DNA from: Rhodothermales bacterium
Lineage (GTDB): Bacteria > Bacteroidota > Rhodothermia > Rhodothermales > Bin80
Assembly: GCA_965216255.1 (NCBI GenBank)
Contig: OZ244148.1
Location: 710,623 to 774,622, forward strand
Length of the DNA stretch: 64,000 nt
Reading direction: 5' to 3'
In this document: in pieces, positions 48,400-58,039 of the stretch
Position numbering within the stretch: position 1 is the first letter of the stretch
How the letters are laid out: each line of letters opens with the position of its first letter
Translations under genes and position numbers: made by a program
Notes under the pieces: model-generated
Seen by the model: only the letters and a program-made list of their open reading frames with translations
Databases searched by the model: none
What the model was told of the DNA's origin: nothing

Positions 48400-48893
48400 G
48401 CCACCAGGCCGCTACGTGCCGGGAGTTCGGATTCGGGTTGCGCCGTGCAAACTTCGGTCCCTTCCCCACGGGCACCGCCGGATTCACCGGGGCTGTCCCA
48501 CGCAAAAGGCAGCGTTAGCTGGATTTTCTGCCGCATTGCTCGCATGAGCTTGCCGTCCTACTACCCCTGTCCATTGTTCGGGCCTTCGTCGGCTAAGCCG
48601 ACTACTATGCCCTGGTATAGTAGGATACTATTTCAAGTGAAGATTACATGAAGAGTTTTGGCTTGACCTCTGGAGAAGCGACCGGGCGGCTTCGACGGCT
48701 AATCAATCTGGTATTCGCGTGCTAAGCCCCGAAGGACCATAACGCATGATTTCGGTTTCGACGGGAGCTGCCACTATCTCTGAACGCGCGCTCACCAGCA
48801 AGAGAGCTGGCTATCGCAAGGGCATATCGTGGGTTCTCCTTACCGTGCCCGATCGCTTCTCCATAGGCCATTTCTTTGGTTACAAGATACGAG
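48400..48893 (-). mobile_element. Group II intron 5' fragment (ribozyme domains upstream of, and the first ~40 codons of, the intron-encoded protein)
   Basis: Minus ORF 48312..48545 begins MRAMRQKIQLTLPFAWDSPGESGGARGEGTEVCTAQPESE. The pattern QL.L.F....GE....GEGTE....ES is the N-terminus I associate with bacterial group II intron RT/maturases. The RT domain itself is absent. The extent is approximate. Confidence 0.4.
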
Positions 48894-50033
48894 TCAGGCG
48901 GCCTTCGGCAACGGCGAGCCCGTGTGCATACGCAACGCCTCCCAGAGAAAGCCCACCAGTTCACGCGCCACCGCCGTGTTGGCCACGCATCGCGACTTCG
49001 TCTGACTCAGTTTGCGGAATCTCTTGTACAGCCGGCACTGGGCCTTCCATGCCAGTAGAACGACCGCGGCCGAGACGCCCTGCTGCCGTTCGCGTAGCAC
49101 TTTACTGCACCGCGGCGGGACTGCATACTTCCATGCTGTAGATACCAGTGCCTTCCGCACGTGCGTATTACCCGTCTTCGTGATGGAACCGCGTTGCGTG
49201 TGATCTGCCGAGCTGTACTCGCTCGGCACCAGACCCAGAAATGCCATCAACTGGCGCGGATGCGCGAAGCGACGGATATCTCCCAACTCGCACACCAGCG
49301 TCATGGCCGTCACAAAGCCTATGCCCCGGAAGGCCATCAGCACCCCCACGGGCTCTCTGTAGCGGTCCTTTTCGGCCTCCTCTGCCAGTTGCTGTTCCAG
49401 TCTGTGCACTTCCTGCTCCACATACGTCAGATTGTGCAGATACGTCTGCAGCGTGACCTGGTCCACCGCCCTTGCCGGCAAGGCACGAATCCACTTCCAA
49501 TGGGCCTTCGTCCAGTTTGTGGCACCGGTGTACTGAAAGCCCCTGGTCTGAATGAAAGACAGGATCCGCTGCTTGGTGCGCGTGATAGACTCCACCAGGT
49601 CAGCGCGGCAGCGCAAAAGGGACCGGGCTGCTTCCTGCTCCTCTTCCGGTACGCACACCGGCGTCAGTAGCCCTTTGGCATACAACGTGGCCAGCTTCAT
49701 CGCATCCCGTCGATCAGTCTTGATACGCTCGCCCGGTCGACGCGGAATGGATGAGGGGGCGATCACGTCGCAGTGCACGCCCTGCACCTGCAGCGCACGC
49801 TGCAGGCCGAATCCGCAGGACGACGCTTCGTAGCAGCAACGAACCTCGCCGTAGCGCCTCTGTAACTTCTGCACATACGTGCGGATTCTCGGCATGTCGT
49901 GCGGCAACTGCCGCTCGTCAATTACCTCGCCCGTGCTGTCGTCGTACACGCAAAGCGCAATGGTCTTCTTGTGCACGTCCATGCCGACAACCAGCGAGGA
50001 GGCCGAAGTGAATGTTGGGGTGTATCTTTGCAT
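48894..50033 (-). CDS. IS110-family (DEDD) transposase
   Basis: 379 aa with VVGMDVHKKTIALCV, IKTDRRDAMKLA and LVPSEYSSADHTQRGSITKTGNTHVRKAL. The element ends are not determined. Confidence 0.9.
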   Translation of the reverse strand: MQRYTPTFTSASSLVVGMDVHKKTIALCVYDDSTGEVIDERQLPHDMPRIRTYVQKLQRRYGEVRCCYEASSCGFGLQRALQVQGVHCDVIAPSSIPRRPGERIKTDRRDAMKLATLYAKGLLTPVCVPEEEQEAARSLLRCRADLVESITRTKQRILSFIQTRGFQYTGATNWTKAHWKWIRALPARAVDQVTLQTYLHNLTYVEQEVHRLEQQLAEEAEKDRYREPVGVLMAFRGIGFVTAMTLVCELGDIRRFAHPRQLMAFLGLVPSEYSSADHTQRGSITKTGNTHVRKALVSTAWKYAVPPRCSKVLRERQQGVSAAVVLLAWKAQCRLYKRFRKLSQTKSRCVANTAVARELVGFLWEALRMHTGSPLPKAA

Positions 50034-50221
50034 GAGGCTGTTCCGGTTTGGGTGAATGTGGTGAACGAGCTAATGTAGCTCGCCCAGCCGGAGCAGTCCT
50101 ACTATAAGATCTCTGCTGACTTCTGCGTTGCGGTCACGTGCCTTACGACACGTTCAGTCCGGCTTGGCCGGACACAACGCAGATCTCCCAGGGTAAGACC
50201 AACCGCCTTCCCCGCACACCT
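50034..50221 (-). ncRNA. Structured 5' leader of the IS110 transposase, candidate bridge/guide RNA region (speculative)
   Basis: The minus strand reads ...GAGATCTGCGTTG[TGTCCGGCCAAGCCGGACT...]CAACGCAGAAGTCAGCAGAGATCT... It has nested complementary arms (CTGCGTTG/CAACGCAG, TCCGGC/GCCGGA, AGATCT twice). No covariance model was run. Confidence 0.2.
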
Positions 50222-50683
50222 GCCGAATCTACCACCCCGACGCATAGATGACGCGGACTTTGCGATAACCGGCTCGCTCGTCCGATCGGGTAGGCCTCGT
50301 ATTCGGTTCTTGTTCATCAGGTCGCGGGTTTGCTACACGCTTCCTTCAGACCCCGCCTCACGACGACGCCCTTGCGCTTCGCTAATCCTTCGCCGCCATC
50401 TGGCTGGATAGAGGACTTGCACCTCCAAGCTGTTGATCATGCCTGGCACACCGGCAGGTCCGCTTCTCGCGGCCTTCGTCGCACTGGGATGCGTCCGGAC
50501 GTGATTTACCCCGCCAGGTGGGCATTTCAGGGGCGTTGTTTTGGCCGCTTGCGCTGCATTCCGGTCCGATTTTGTCACTTATGGGCGGTTTCAGGCGCAT
50601 GTGTGCGGCCGCCCGCACACATAGGCGCCCCTGCCGGACCCGGCCCTCTCCGGCCCTCTGCACATACGCAGCAGCCGCGTGAA

Positions 50684-50709
50684 TGCAACATAAAGATCAG
50701 TATGTTGCA
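50684..50709. repeat. Hairpin TGCAACATA-N8-TATGTTGCA, copy 1 of a repeated motif
   Basis: The same stem recurs at 58933-58958. Loosely similar GC-rich sequence (CCCCTGCC..CCGG..CCGGCC) precedes both copies. Confidence 0.6.
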
Positions 50710-51041
50710 TTGGCCCAAAGGCGCTGATTACAGGTGAAGCGAATTGGGCTCAGTGCGGCGCCTTTCTATCCCGATCAACAGCCCGGTGGTAAGCTGCTCC
50801 GCCGTACCACTGCCTAGGCCACTCCCCGGCCAGCAGTCACGTCTCATTCGACACAGCCAAGGTAGCCAGCACCCTGTACTTCACCGGACGGATACCTTCT
50901 ACTTGGTACTCTAGATGAAGGTGGCTTGGCAGGATAGAGGCGGATTGATACCTTACGGGCTTGATTCGCTCACTTACGGGTCACTGGAGGCTTATCGTCC
51001 CGAGTATCCAGAACCGTCATTGCCCAGTTGTAGATGTTGGT

Positions 51042-53639
51042 ATGGCAGCGATTAATGTCCTTGATGAAATCCTGATGTGGTCATCAGACCGCCCAATTTG
51101 GCAAAGAGATGCCTTGCGGCGATTGGTCGAGAAAGGCGAATTAGACGAAACAGACATCAATGAACTAACGAACCTCTGCAAATCCCACCACGGCCTACGT
51201 AGCAGAATACCGGCTGCCCCACTTAGTAGCCACCACCTTCCCCAGCCTGGCACTGAGGCAAAACCCGTATCTCTTGTGTCGCTCACACACCATACTGGCG
51301 TCAACGCGCTAGCACAGCATCAGAAGGTTGAATTTGGACCCCAGTTGACGATCGTATATGGCGGTAACGCTGCAGGTAAATCCGGTTACACCCGCATATT
51401 AAAGCGCGTGTGCCGGGCACGCGGCGCCGAAGAGATCCTTGGGAACGTCATGGCTGGATCTGCACCGGGACGACCCTCTGCGACCATCGAGTTTAAAGTG
51501 GATGGCAAGGTAAAGCCATATCAGTGGGATGACCGTCAGCGCCCTGATGCATTCCTTTCAAAAATAAGTGTCTTTGATCGCCATTGTGCGAGCGTGTATC
51601 TAGCAGAGCCGACGGATGTCGCGTTTCGTCCCTTGGGTCTCGACCTGTTTGACAAGCTGGCCGATGCCTGCGGAGAGGTCAGGAGATCCCTGGAGGAAGA
51701 GCGGAGCGCGCTTGAGGCACAGAAACTGCAGTTCCCTAGTGCTACTGCAGGGACGGCCGTCCACGAGTTGGTCACAAGCCTAACTTCACTGACCAAACCG
51801 GCATTAGTCACATCTCTAGCTTCCTTAACCGACGCTGACAAGGCACGCGCGGTGGAGTTGCTGAGAAGGATTCGCGATTTGCAATCGGATAATCCTGAAA
51901 AGACTGCGCGGACACTTGAGCTCCGTGCTGATCGCGTGAATGTATTGATAAACCACTTCAATGCTGCTGACGAGGTGTTGTCTGATGCGGCGATTCAGGG
52001 TCTGTTCAACGCACACGAACTAATGCATGAAGCTATGCGTGCAGCAGAGAATCTGCATCGGACCACTTTCCACAAGCAACCTCTGAAGCTTACCGGGTCC
52101 AACGTGTGGCGCACACTGTGGAATGCCGCGGCACGATTCTCGACAGAAGCCGCGTATCCGGAGCATCCTTTTCCGTTCACCGGAGACAAATCACGCTGCG
52201 TTCTGTGTCAGCAGATACTCGACACAGAAGGCGCAGAGCGATTGCAGCAGTTCCAAGAGTTCTTCCAAACCGACGTTCAGGCTGATTACGACAGGAAGAC
52301 GAAGGACTACGACACGAAGTTTGTACGGGTCGGTACCCTGGCGGATTTGGGAAGGTCAGGAGAGAAAGTGTTCGAGGAGATCCGGCTTGACGACCCAGAT
52401 CTTGCCAAAGCAGTCAGAACTTGTTTGGACGCAGCGAAGGCACGTAAAGAGAGCGTAACGGGGGCGCTGACCAACGGCCTATCATGTCCCGAGGAGCTAC
52501 CCGAATGGGTGCCCAACATAGAAGGCCTGACGCGTCACATTGAGGCACTGAAGGCTCGGGCTAATGAGCTTCGCGGATCGAATCGACCAGAGGTCGTAAG
52601 CACACTGAAACGCGAGTTAAACGAACTGGAGGCGCGACAACTGCTTGCAGATCATCTGAGCGATGTTCTTGGAGAAATTGAGCGAAAGAAAAGAATCGCT
52701 GCCTACCAGTTATGCATCGCCGACACACGGACGAATGCCATTACGATCAAGAGCAGCGATGTCACAACACGTGCAGTCACACAGCAACTCACCTCAAGCT
52801 TTGAGGAGGAGCTAACCAGAGTAGAGTTCCATCATGTTGAGGTCCAAATGGTGGCCGCTGGTGGAGCTCGTGGCGTGCTTCGTCACAAATTGCAGTTCCG
52901 GCGGGCACCAGGGACAGATGTTGTCAAGGTCGTAAGCGATGGCGAAGCCCGATGCCTTTCAATTGCATCGTTCTTCGCAGAACTCAGCACTGCCGCAGAG
53001 CAGTCAGCCATTCTCTTTGATGACCCGGTCTCGTCTCTTGATCATATGTGGCGCAGAAAAATAGCGGAGCGGTTAGCGGACGAAGCAAAGAATCGGCAAG
53101 TCATTGTCTTCACACACGACATTTATTTCCTTCATACCCTCACAAAGAAGGGGAAAGTAAGTGGTATCGAAGTTAAGCATCAGTATTTGCGCAGAGACGG
53201 TGTCAGCTCGGGGTTATGCTCTGAGAAACTGCCTTGGGTTGCATCAAAGGTCAGAACACGAATTGGTTACCTGAAAGACCAATGGCAGGCTGCGGATGCA
53301 GCGTTTCGAAATGAGGGAAGAGAGCACTATGAAATGCGTGCCTCATACATATACGGGCTCCTTCGCGAAGCTTGGGAACGGGGCGTTGAAGAGGTGCTCC
53401 TAGGAGGGCTGATTGAGCGCTACGATCCTTCTGTTCAGACAAAGCGCGCAAGATATCTTACAGACATCTGTGATGATGACATTACTGCACTCGAGGCAGG
53501 TATGAACAAGTGCTCGCAGTGGTTACCGGGCCATGACAGCCCCCGCGCTGATAGCGGTCCACTTCCGAATCCGGAAGAACTACTACGAGATATTGAGGGG
53601 CTCGAAAAATGGGTCGCCGAGCTTCGACCGCGTCGTTAG
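51042..53639 (+). CDS. Stand-alone AAA_13-type ABC/Rad50-like ATPase with coiled-coil CxxC zinc hook and unassigned N- and C-terminal domains (RloC/PrrC-like)
   Basis: The track start is TTG 50961; ATG 51042 (MAAINVLDEIL..) is more plausible. Walker A YGGNAAGKSG. A long helical insert contains CVLC at 52196-52207. Signature-like VSDGEARCLSIASFFAEL. Walker B AILFDDPVSSLD. H-loop VIVFTHD. A ~180-aa tail includes LLREAWER and WLPGHDS. Confidence 0.8.
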   Translation: MAAINVLDEILMWSSDRPIWQRDALRRLVEKGELDETDINELTNLCKSHHGLRSRIPAAPLSSHHLPQPGTEAKPVSLVSLTHHTGVNALAQHQKVEFGPQLTIVYGGNAAGKSGYTRILKRVCRARGAEEILGNVMAGSAPGRPSATIEFKVDGKVKPYQWDDRQRPDAFLSKISVFDRHCASVYLAEPTDVAFRPLGLDLFDKLADACGEVRRSLEEERSALEAQKLQFPSATAGTAVHELVTSLTSLTKPALVTSLASLTDADKARAVELLRRIRDLQSDNPEKTARTLELRADRVNVLINHFNAADEVLSDAAIQGLFNAHELMHEAMRAAENLHRTTFHKQPLKLTGSNVWRTLWNAAARFSTEAAYPEHPFPFTGDKSRCVLCQQILDTEGAERLQQFQEFFQTDVQADYDRKTKDYDTKFVRVGTLADLGRSGEKVFEEIRLDDPDLAKAVRTCLDAAKARKESVTGALTNGLSCPEELPEWVPNIEGLTRHIEALKARANELRGSNRPEVVSTLKRELNELEARQLLADHLSDVLGEIERKKRIAAYQLCIADTRTNAITIKSSDVTTRAVTQQLTSSFEEELTRVEFHHVEVQMVAAGGARGVLRHKLQFRRAPGTDVVKVVSDGEARCLSIASFFAELSTAAEQSAILFDDPVSSLDHMWRRKIAERLADEAKNRQVIVFTHDIYFLHTLTKKGKVSGIEVKHQYLRRDGVSSGLCSEKLPWVASKVRTRIGYLKDQWQAADAAFRNEGREHYEMRASYIYGLLREAWERGVEEVLLGGLIERYDPSVQTKRARYLTDICDDDITALEAGMNKCSQWLPGHDSPRADSGPLPNPEELLRDIEGLEKWVAELRPRR

Positions 53640-53820
53640 CGTGCGAGTTGGGAGATATCCGTCGCGTTGCGCATCCGCCGCACGCTCCATGGCCGCTACG
53701 ACCGTCGACCAGGTGCAACAGGTGCTCCAGGAATCCCCCGGGTGGCCTCCTCAAATGCATCTTCCTAAAGATTCGTTAATTAAATGTAACGAATTCTTGA
53801 AGTGCCCCGCCCCTACCCGA

Positions 53821-53848
53821 AAAACCCGCCCCCCCCCAGACGGGTTTT
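53821..53848. terminator. Bidirectional-looking terminator AAAACCCG-(C9AGA)-CGGGTTTT between the ATPase gene and the recombinase
   Basis: Arms at 53821-53828 and 53841-53848, with A-tract and T-tract flanks. It ends 3 nt before the recombinase ATG. Confidence 0.45.
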
Positions 53849-53851
53849 GCC

Positions 53852-54769
53852 ATGAATCCAGACCCTGAAACGACCCTCACCCCGCCTTCCTCGCCGGAAG
53901 TGGCGCAATCCCCCGTACAACGCGACGTCTCCGACGCCACGCGCGAGGCTTTGCTTTCCGCCCGCGCCGCGGAAACGCGCAGGATCTACGCCATGCACGT
54001 CCGCGCCTTCGGCGCGTGGCTCGAAGACGATGCGCTCCTTGCCACGCCCATCGATGTGGCCAACTACCTGGCCGGCCCGGGCGCCGAAAGAAGCCACAGC
54101 TGGCGCCTGCAGGCATCGGCCGCCACAACGGGCGCCTTCGAGGAGGCAGGCTTTGCCTCGCCCGCTGCGCATGCTGGCGTGCGCCGCACCCTGAAAGGCC
54201 TCCTGAGGCAGAAGCCGCGCGCTCCGCACCGGGCCGCGCCGCTGACGGAAGCCGTCATTGCCGCCATAGAGGCCACGGCCAAAAGCCGCGGGCAACTGGA
54301 CATCGCCCTCATCCGCGTCATGCGCGATGCGCTTCTTCGCCGCAGCGAGGCGGCAGCGCTTGCGGGGCAAGACGTCAGCGTGGAGCCGGACGGCAGCGGA
54401 AGGCTGAGGCTCACCATGCCGACCAAGACGGACTAGGAGGCCGCCGAGCCGCACACGGCCTATCTTACGCGCGCCACGGTGGCCGCGCTTACGCGCCTGT
54501 GGACGCCGTATCACACTCCCGACATGCCGCTCTTCGGGCTCTGCGCACGCCAGATAGCGTATACGGGCTGCTGCTCGTGCGGCCGGCCTCATCGACAAGT
54601 ATTCCGGGCACAGCGGCCGCACGGGAGCGGCCCACAGCCTGGCAGAGCGCGGAGCAAGTCTTGTGGAATTGCAGCAGGCCGGGCGCTGGAAGTCCCATCC
54701 ATGCCGGCTACCTACGCTCGCAGCGCAAGGGCCGGACAAAATGCCGCGGCCAGGCTGCTGGAGACGTAG
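53852..54769 (+). pseudogene. Tyrosine recombinase/integrase, inactivated by one in-frame TAG and two compensating frameshifts
   Basis: N-terminal SAM-like domain (TRRIYAMHVRAFGAWLED...). ...TMPTKTD*EAAEP has TAG at 54434-54436, where SKTDQEG is usual. The catalytic block AAARAAGLIDKYSGHSGRTGAAHSLAERGASLVELQQAGRWKS is readable only in another frame. The original frame then resumes with PSMPATYARSARAGQNAAARLLE. Confidence 0.8.
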
Positions 54770-55072
54770 CAAGGGCCTGGCTTGTGTCTGAACCGGCTGT
54801 CTGGCGCTCGATTGCGTGCAAATGTTCGTGATGCCCTGAAGTGCGTCCAGGTCGAGTTCGGCTACAAGCCCTGGCAGGTGGCCGTTCTGATTTCCTGCCT
54901 TCCCCACTCCCTTGACCGCAAGCACCTTGAAGGGCCCGAAAGGGGGTTGCTCTCCGGCCAGGGTGCGCGCCATGTCAGTGTCAGTGCGGCACACAGGTAA
55001 TCAGAGAGGATGTTGCCACTGCACTTCGCGCTGTAACGGATTCGGAGAACCTTCCTGCTAATCGTAGCAGCG

Positions 55073-55630
55073 TCAAGGCTGCCGGAAATCCACCAGACAC
55101 GGTTGTCGTTTAACGTACCGCAACTGGCCGGTCAACGCTTCGATCGGCAAAATCGCCAACGGAATCAGCACCGGAGCCAAGACGTGGAATCCGCTTGGAT
55201 CTTCTCCTTCGCCCGGAAATGCACTGCCGACGATGATTGCATACGAGTACAAAGCCCCGATGGGTATCAGCAAGATATCTCCGATCAAGGGCAGCCAATT
55301 TGTCCGTGACTTCAGAAAACAAGATTCCAGCTGGTCGCCGTACCGAACGGTTATCGTGTGCGACTGGCGATGGCTGACCCGAACGGTGACGGGCGTCTTG
55401 CCAACCGGTTCACCGTTCAGGAATACGTCCGCGCTGTATACGTTGGACGCGACGCGGATGGATTGCTTTACGGGTGGTGTGAGCAAGGTGCCACAACCCG
55501 CTTCAACGACCAGGATGATCACCACGATAAAGCACCGTGTAGTCGTTGCATACAATCTGTTCCTGGCACGTACCGGTCGCGTGCATCTTTCCATGGGACG
55601 GTTTGGGATACGCTTCAACTCGCTTTCCAA
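55073..55630 (-). CDS. PEGA-domain membrane/lipoprotein
   Basis: 185 aa. CFIVVIILVVEAGCG, then VASNVYSADVFLNGEPVGKTPVTVRVSHRQSHTITV (PEGA motif), then two C-terminal hydrophobic helices. Confidence 0.7.
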   Translation of the reverse strand: MESELKRIPNRPMERCTRPVRARNRLYATTTRCFIVVIILVVEAGCGTLLTPPVKQSIRVASNVYSADVFLNGEPVGKTPVTVRVSHRQSHTITVRYGDQLESCFLKSRTNWLPLIGDILLIPIGALYSYAIIVGSAFPGEGEDPSGFHVLAPVLIPLAILPIEALTGQLRYVKRQPCLVDFRQP

Positions 55631-56073
55631 TCATGATAAGCTCACGAGACCGCAAAGGCAATCCGGAGTACTAGCGGAGGCATTAGGGCTTCGCGCACGG
55701 CTACCTAGTCAATAGCCTGATGGAGACACCGGACTAATGGAGTGCGCCAGCAACCTCGATATCAGCAAGTCACCGATGTATAAGTACCTGCGGTATCAGG
55801 ATGTTGGAATCGGTGCAAACGGAAAGCAGAAGTAAATCAACGAATGCCGGATGTCACCACGGAGCCCTGACAGGAAGTCATCAGCGAGAAACCAGACGCA
55901 GGACGGAATAGCGGAACCATCCTGGTTCAACTCTGAATCGGAACAGCTATCGTTGGTAGAGAGCCCGGTCTGCCGACCCCACCCGAGGGCCTTTCTCTTC
56001 GACCAGTGCATTTATGACCGTATCCAATACTACTTTTCGGTTTCGAGCCTCCTCCTGTAAATCGCTGTCGCTC

Positions 56074-56781
56074 ATGACACCTGTCCAAGGGGTTGCCCTC
56101 AACAAGCTGTCTCTGTTCGTTTCTCTCGCATTCCTGCTCGGTCTCCATGCGCCGCCAATCGTATCCGGACAAGGGACCCGGATGCATCTGTCCGTACAGG
56201 CTGGCACGTCCCTTTCAACCGCCACAGGGAATGTAACCTTGTATTAAGGACGCCATGACGACTTCAAATACGACGACTTTGGTTATCGGTCCAGCCCGGC
56301 TGCCAGATTAACGTTGATTGTAATGCCTATGCCGTCCAATGGTCTGCAACTCGGCATCGGTTATGGCGAAAAAGGCATGATCCTGTCACCTGATGATGCC
56401 TCGGAAGAGGATGACCGCAGGATAGGTTTTGGCTTTACATACCTGGAGTTCCCCATGCTGGTCCGGCTTGGCCCCCCAAGAGCGCGTACCGTGCGGCCAT
56501 ATTTCGGTGTTAGCGGGGTTATGTCTCTGTTGAGCAACTGCAACTACTTTAGCGGACGCGGTAGGGCCAGGATTTCTTCCGTCTGTTCTACATACGACAT
56601 CAAGAACGAGAGGATAGAATTTGGGGTGACAGCCAGTGCGAGTGTAGTTATCGCAATGCCCCGCGCGTGGTCCATTGTGGTAGACGCATCCTACGTCCAC
56701 GGCATTACGTCCATGCTCGACGGACAGGAATTGAAAAGTCGAGCGTTATTGATAATGACGGGCATCACATATTCCTTTTGA
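56074..56781 (+). pseudogene. Outer-membrane beta-barrel protein (OMP_b-brl_2/PorT-like), paralog 1, single in-frame TAA
   Basis: ORFs 56014..56247 and 56314..56781 share a frame. The first piece has the signal peptide and HLSVQAGTSLSTATG, matching paralog openings. TAA at 56245-56247 is the only break. Confidence 0.7.
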
Positions 56782-57101
56782 TGTTGATACACTCGGCTCG
56801 CGAGGAAGCGATTGCGTTTCTTCGCATAGGCTCTGCGAGCATTCGTGTTTGCACTCCGGACAGGATTTGAGCAGGGCAGTCTCGCGCCTGATTGGCCATC
56901 GGCGATAACCAGGTCGCGGCTTCAGAGCCATCCTCAAGGCAGAAAGGAAGCTGCCTGCCACACAAGATGGCCCAATGTGCCGGGAATGGAAGATTCAAGC
57001 GCTCCTTGCCTTACGATTCCGCGGGGCGTACTTTCCGTTCCGCCTGTTTTCCACGGCTCATGGTGGCCGTAAGCCCGGGCACAATGGTTACGGCATTCGC
57101 C

Positions 57102-57806
57102 ATGCATACTTCACGACCATTGGCCCTTACACATCAGTTTCTTCCGGTAATTGCTCTGTGTTGCGCCTGGATGGTTCCGCACCAGACGCTAGGGCAGGCA
57201 AGAGTCTCCTTGGAGACCGGCGCTGCCCTGTCGTCCGGCTCAGGCAAGTTTCTATCGCTTCTGGAGGCGAGAACAAGCCTTGACGACAACGTCGAGCTTG
57301 GCTTTGTGAGCGGATTTGCTGCGAGAGCATCGGCCATCTTCCCACTGTTTCAAGACGCCGCCTTGCAGTTCGGCATTGCCTACACAAGAAAAGGCATGAG
57401 CCTAGAGTCGCCAGAATACCCCTGGGATGACATTCGCATGCGCCTGGATTACCTGGAACTCTCGGTGCTTTTCAGGTACAGTCCCGCTTCCTGGCCTGCT
57501 GTTGTGCCCTACATCGCAATCGGACCTGCCATTTCGGTCTTGCTTGACTGTGTCGAGACACTCGAGGAGGATGGATTAGGTCTTACGCTGGATTGCCCAG
57601 GCAATGAGATTCTTAATGTGCCACGGGACTTTGGGGCGATGGCCAGCACCGGCGTCAGCGTAGCAGTGTCAGAGTTCTGGTCCGTAACCGTGAGTGGCTA
57701 CTATAACCATGGCCTCTCGTCCCTGTTCACAACGGGTGATGTCAAGAGCCGCGCTTTCTCGGTTGTAGCCGGTATCTCCATTCCAATAGGATGCAGATGC
57801 GAATAA
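57102..57806 (+). CDS. Outer-membrane beta-barrel protein, paralog 2
   Basis: Likely start MHTSRPLALTHQFLPVIALCCAWMV. It shares blocks with the other paralogs: LQFGIAYTRKGM, LDYLELSVLFRYS, DVKSRAFSVVAGISIPIGCRCE. Confidence 0.75.
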   Translation: MHTSRPLALTHQFLPVIALCCAWMVPHQTLGQARVSLETGAALSSGSGKFLSLLEARTSLDDNVELGFVSGFAARASAIFPLFQDAALQFGIAYTRKGMSLESPEYPWDDIRMRLDYLELSVLFRYSPASWPAVVPYIAIGPAISVLLDCVETLEEDGLGLTLDCPGNEILNVPRDFGAMASTGVSVAVSEFWSVTVSGYYNHGLSSLFTTGDVKSRAFSVVAGISIPIGCRCE

Positions 57807-58039
57807 TTCTCCCTGGAGCGCCTCAACTGCAGTGGCAGTACCGAGGTGCTAAGCGATATTGCGCGCGCAGACTCCGGCAGCGTATCAGCAGACTTCTGTC
57901 TGAATCGACGGTCATGCGCAGTGTGTTATGCGTAGTTGATGGCCAACCCGGTTTGAAATGACACACTCAACAGCGTCCAAGCCGCAGGCGAGCCCGGTTC
58001 GGACCGGGTGTTTCCCGTTGGCGCAGCTTACCCTCCACT

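Noticed and set aside
48650-48900. tmRNA-like strings GGCTTCGACGG and GGTTTCGACGGG next to mobile DNA (ssrA is a common island target).
   Set aside because: There is no acceptor-stem 5' GGGG context, no tag reading frame, and no T-arm/CCA-end (GGTTCGA.TCC) anywhere nearby. The region is better explained as group II intron ribozyme sequence.
12599-54436. Three in-frame TAG codons (12599, 15676, 54434), which could suggest stop-codon reassignment or pyrrolysine-type recoding.
   Set aside because: The aligned residues expected at the three sites differ (x/Tyr region, Lys, Gln). TAG is also used as a genuine terminator in this window (oxidoreductase at 11203, ALDH at 16644, giant gene at 38748). 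No recoding machinery is visible.
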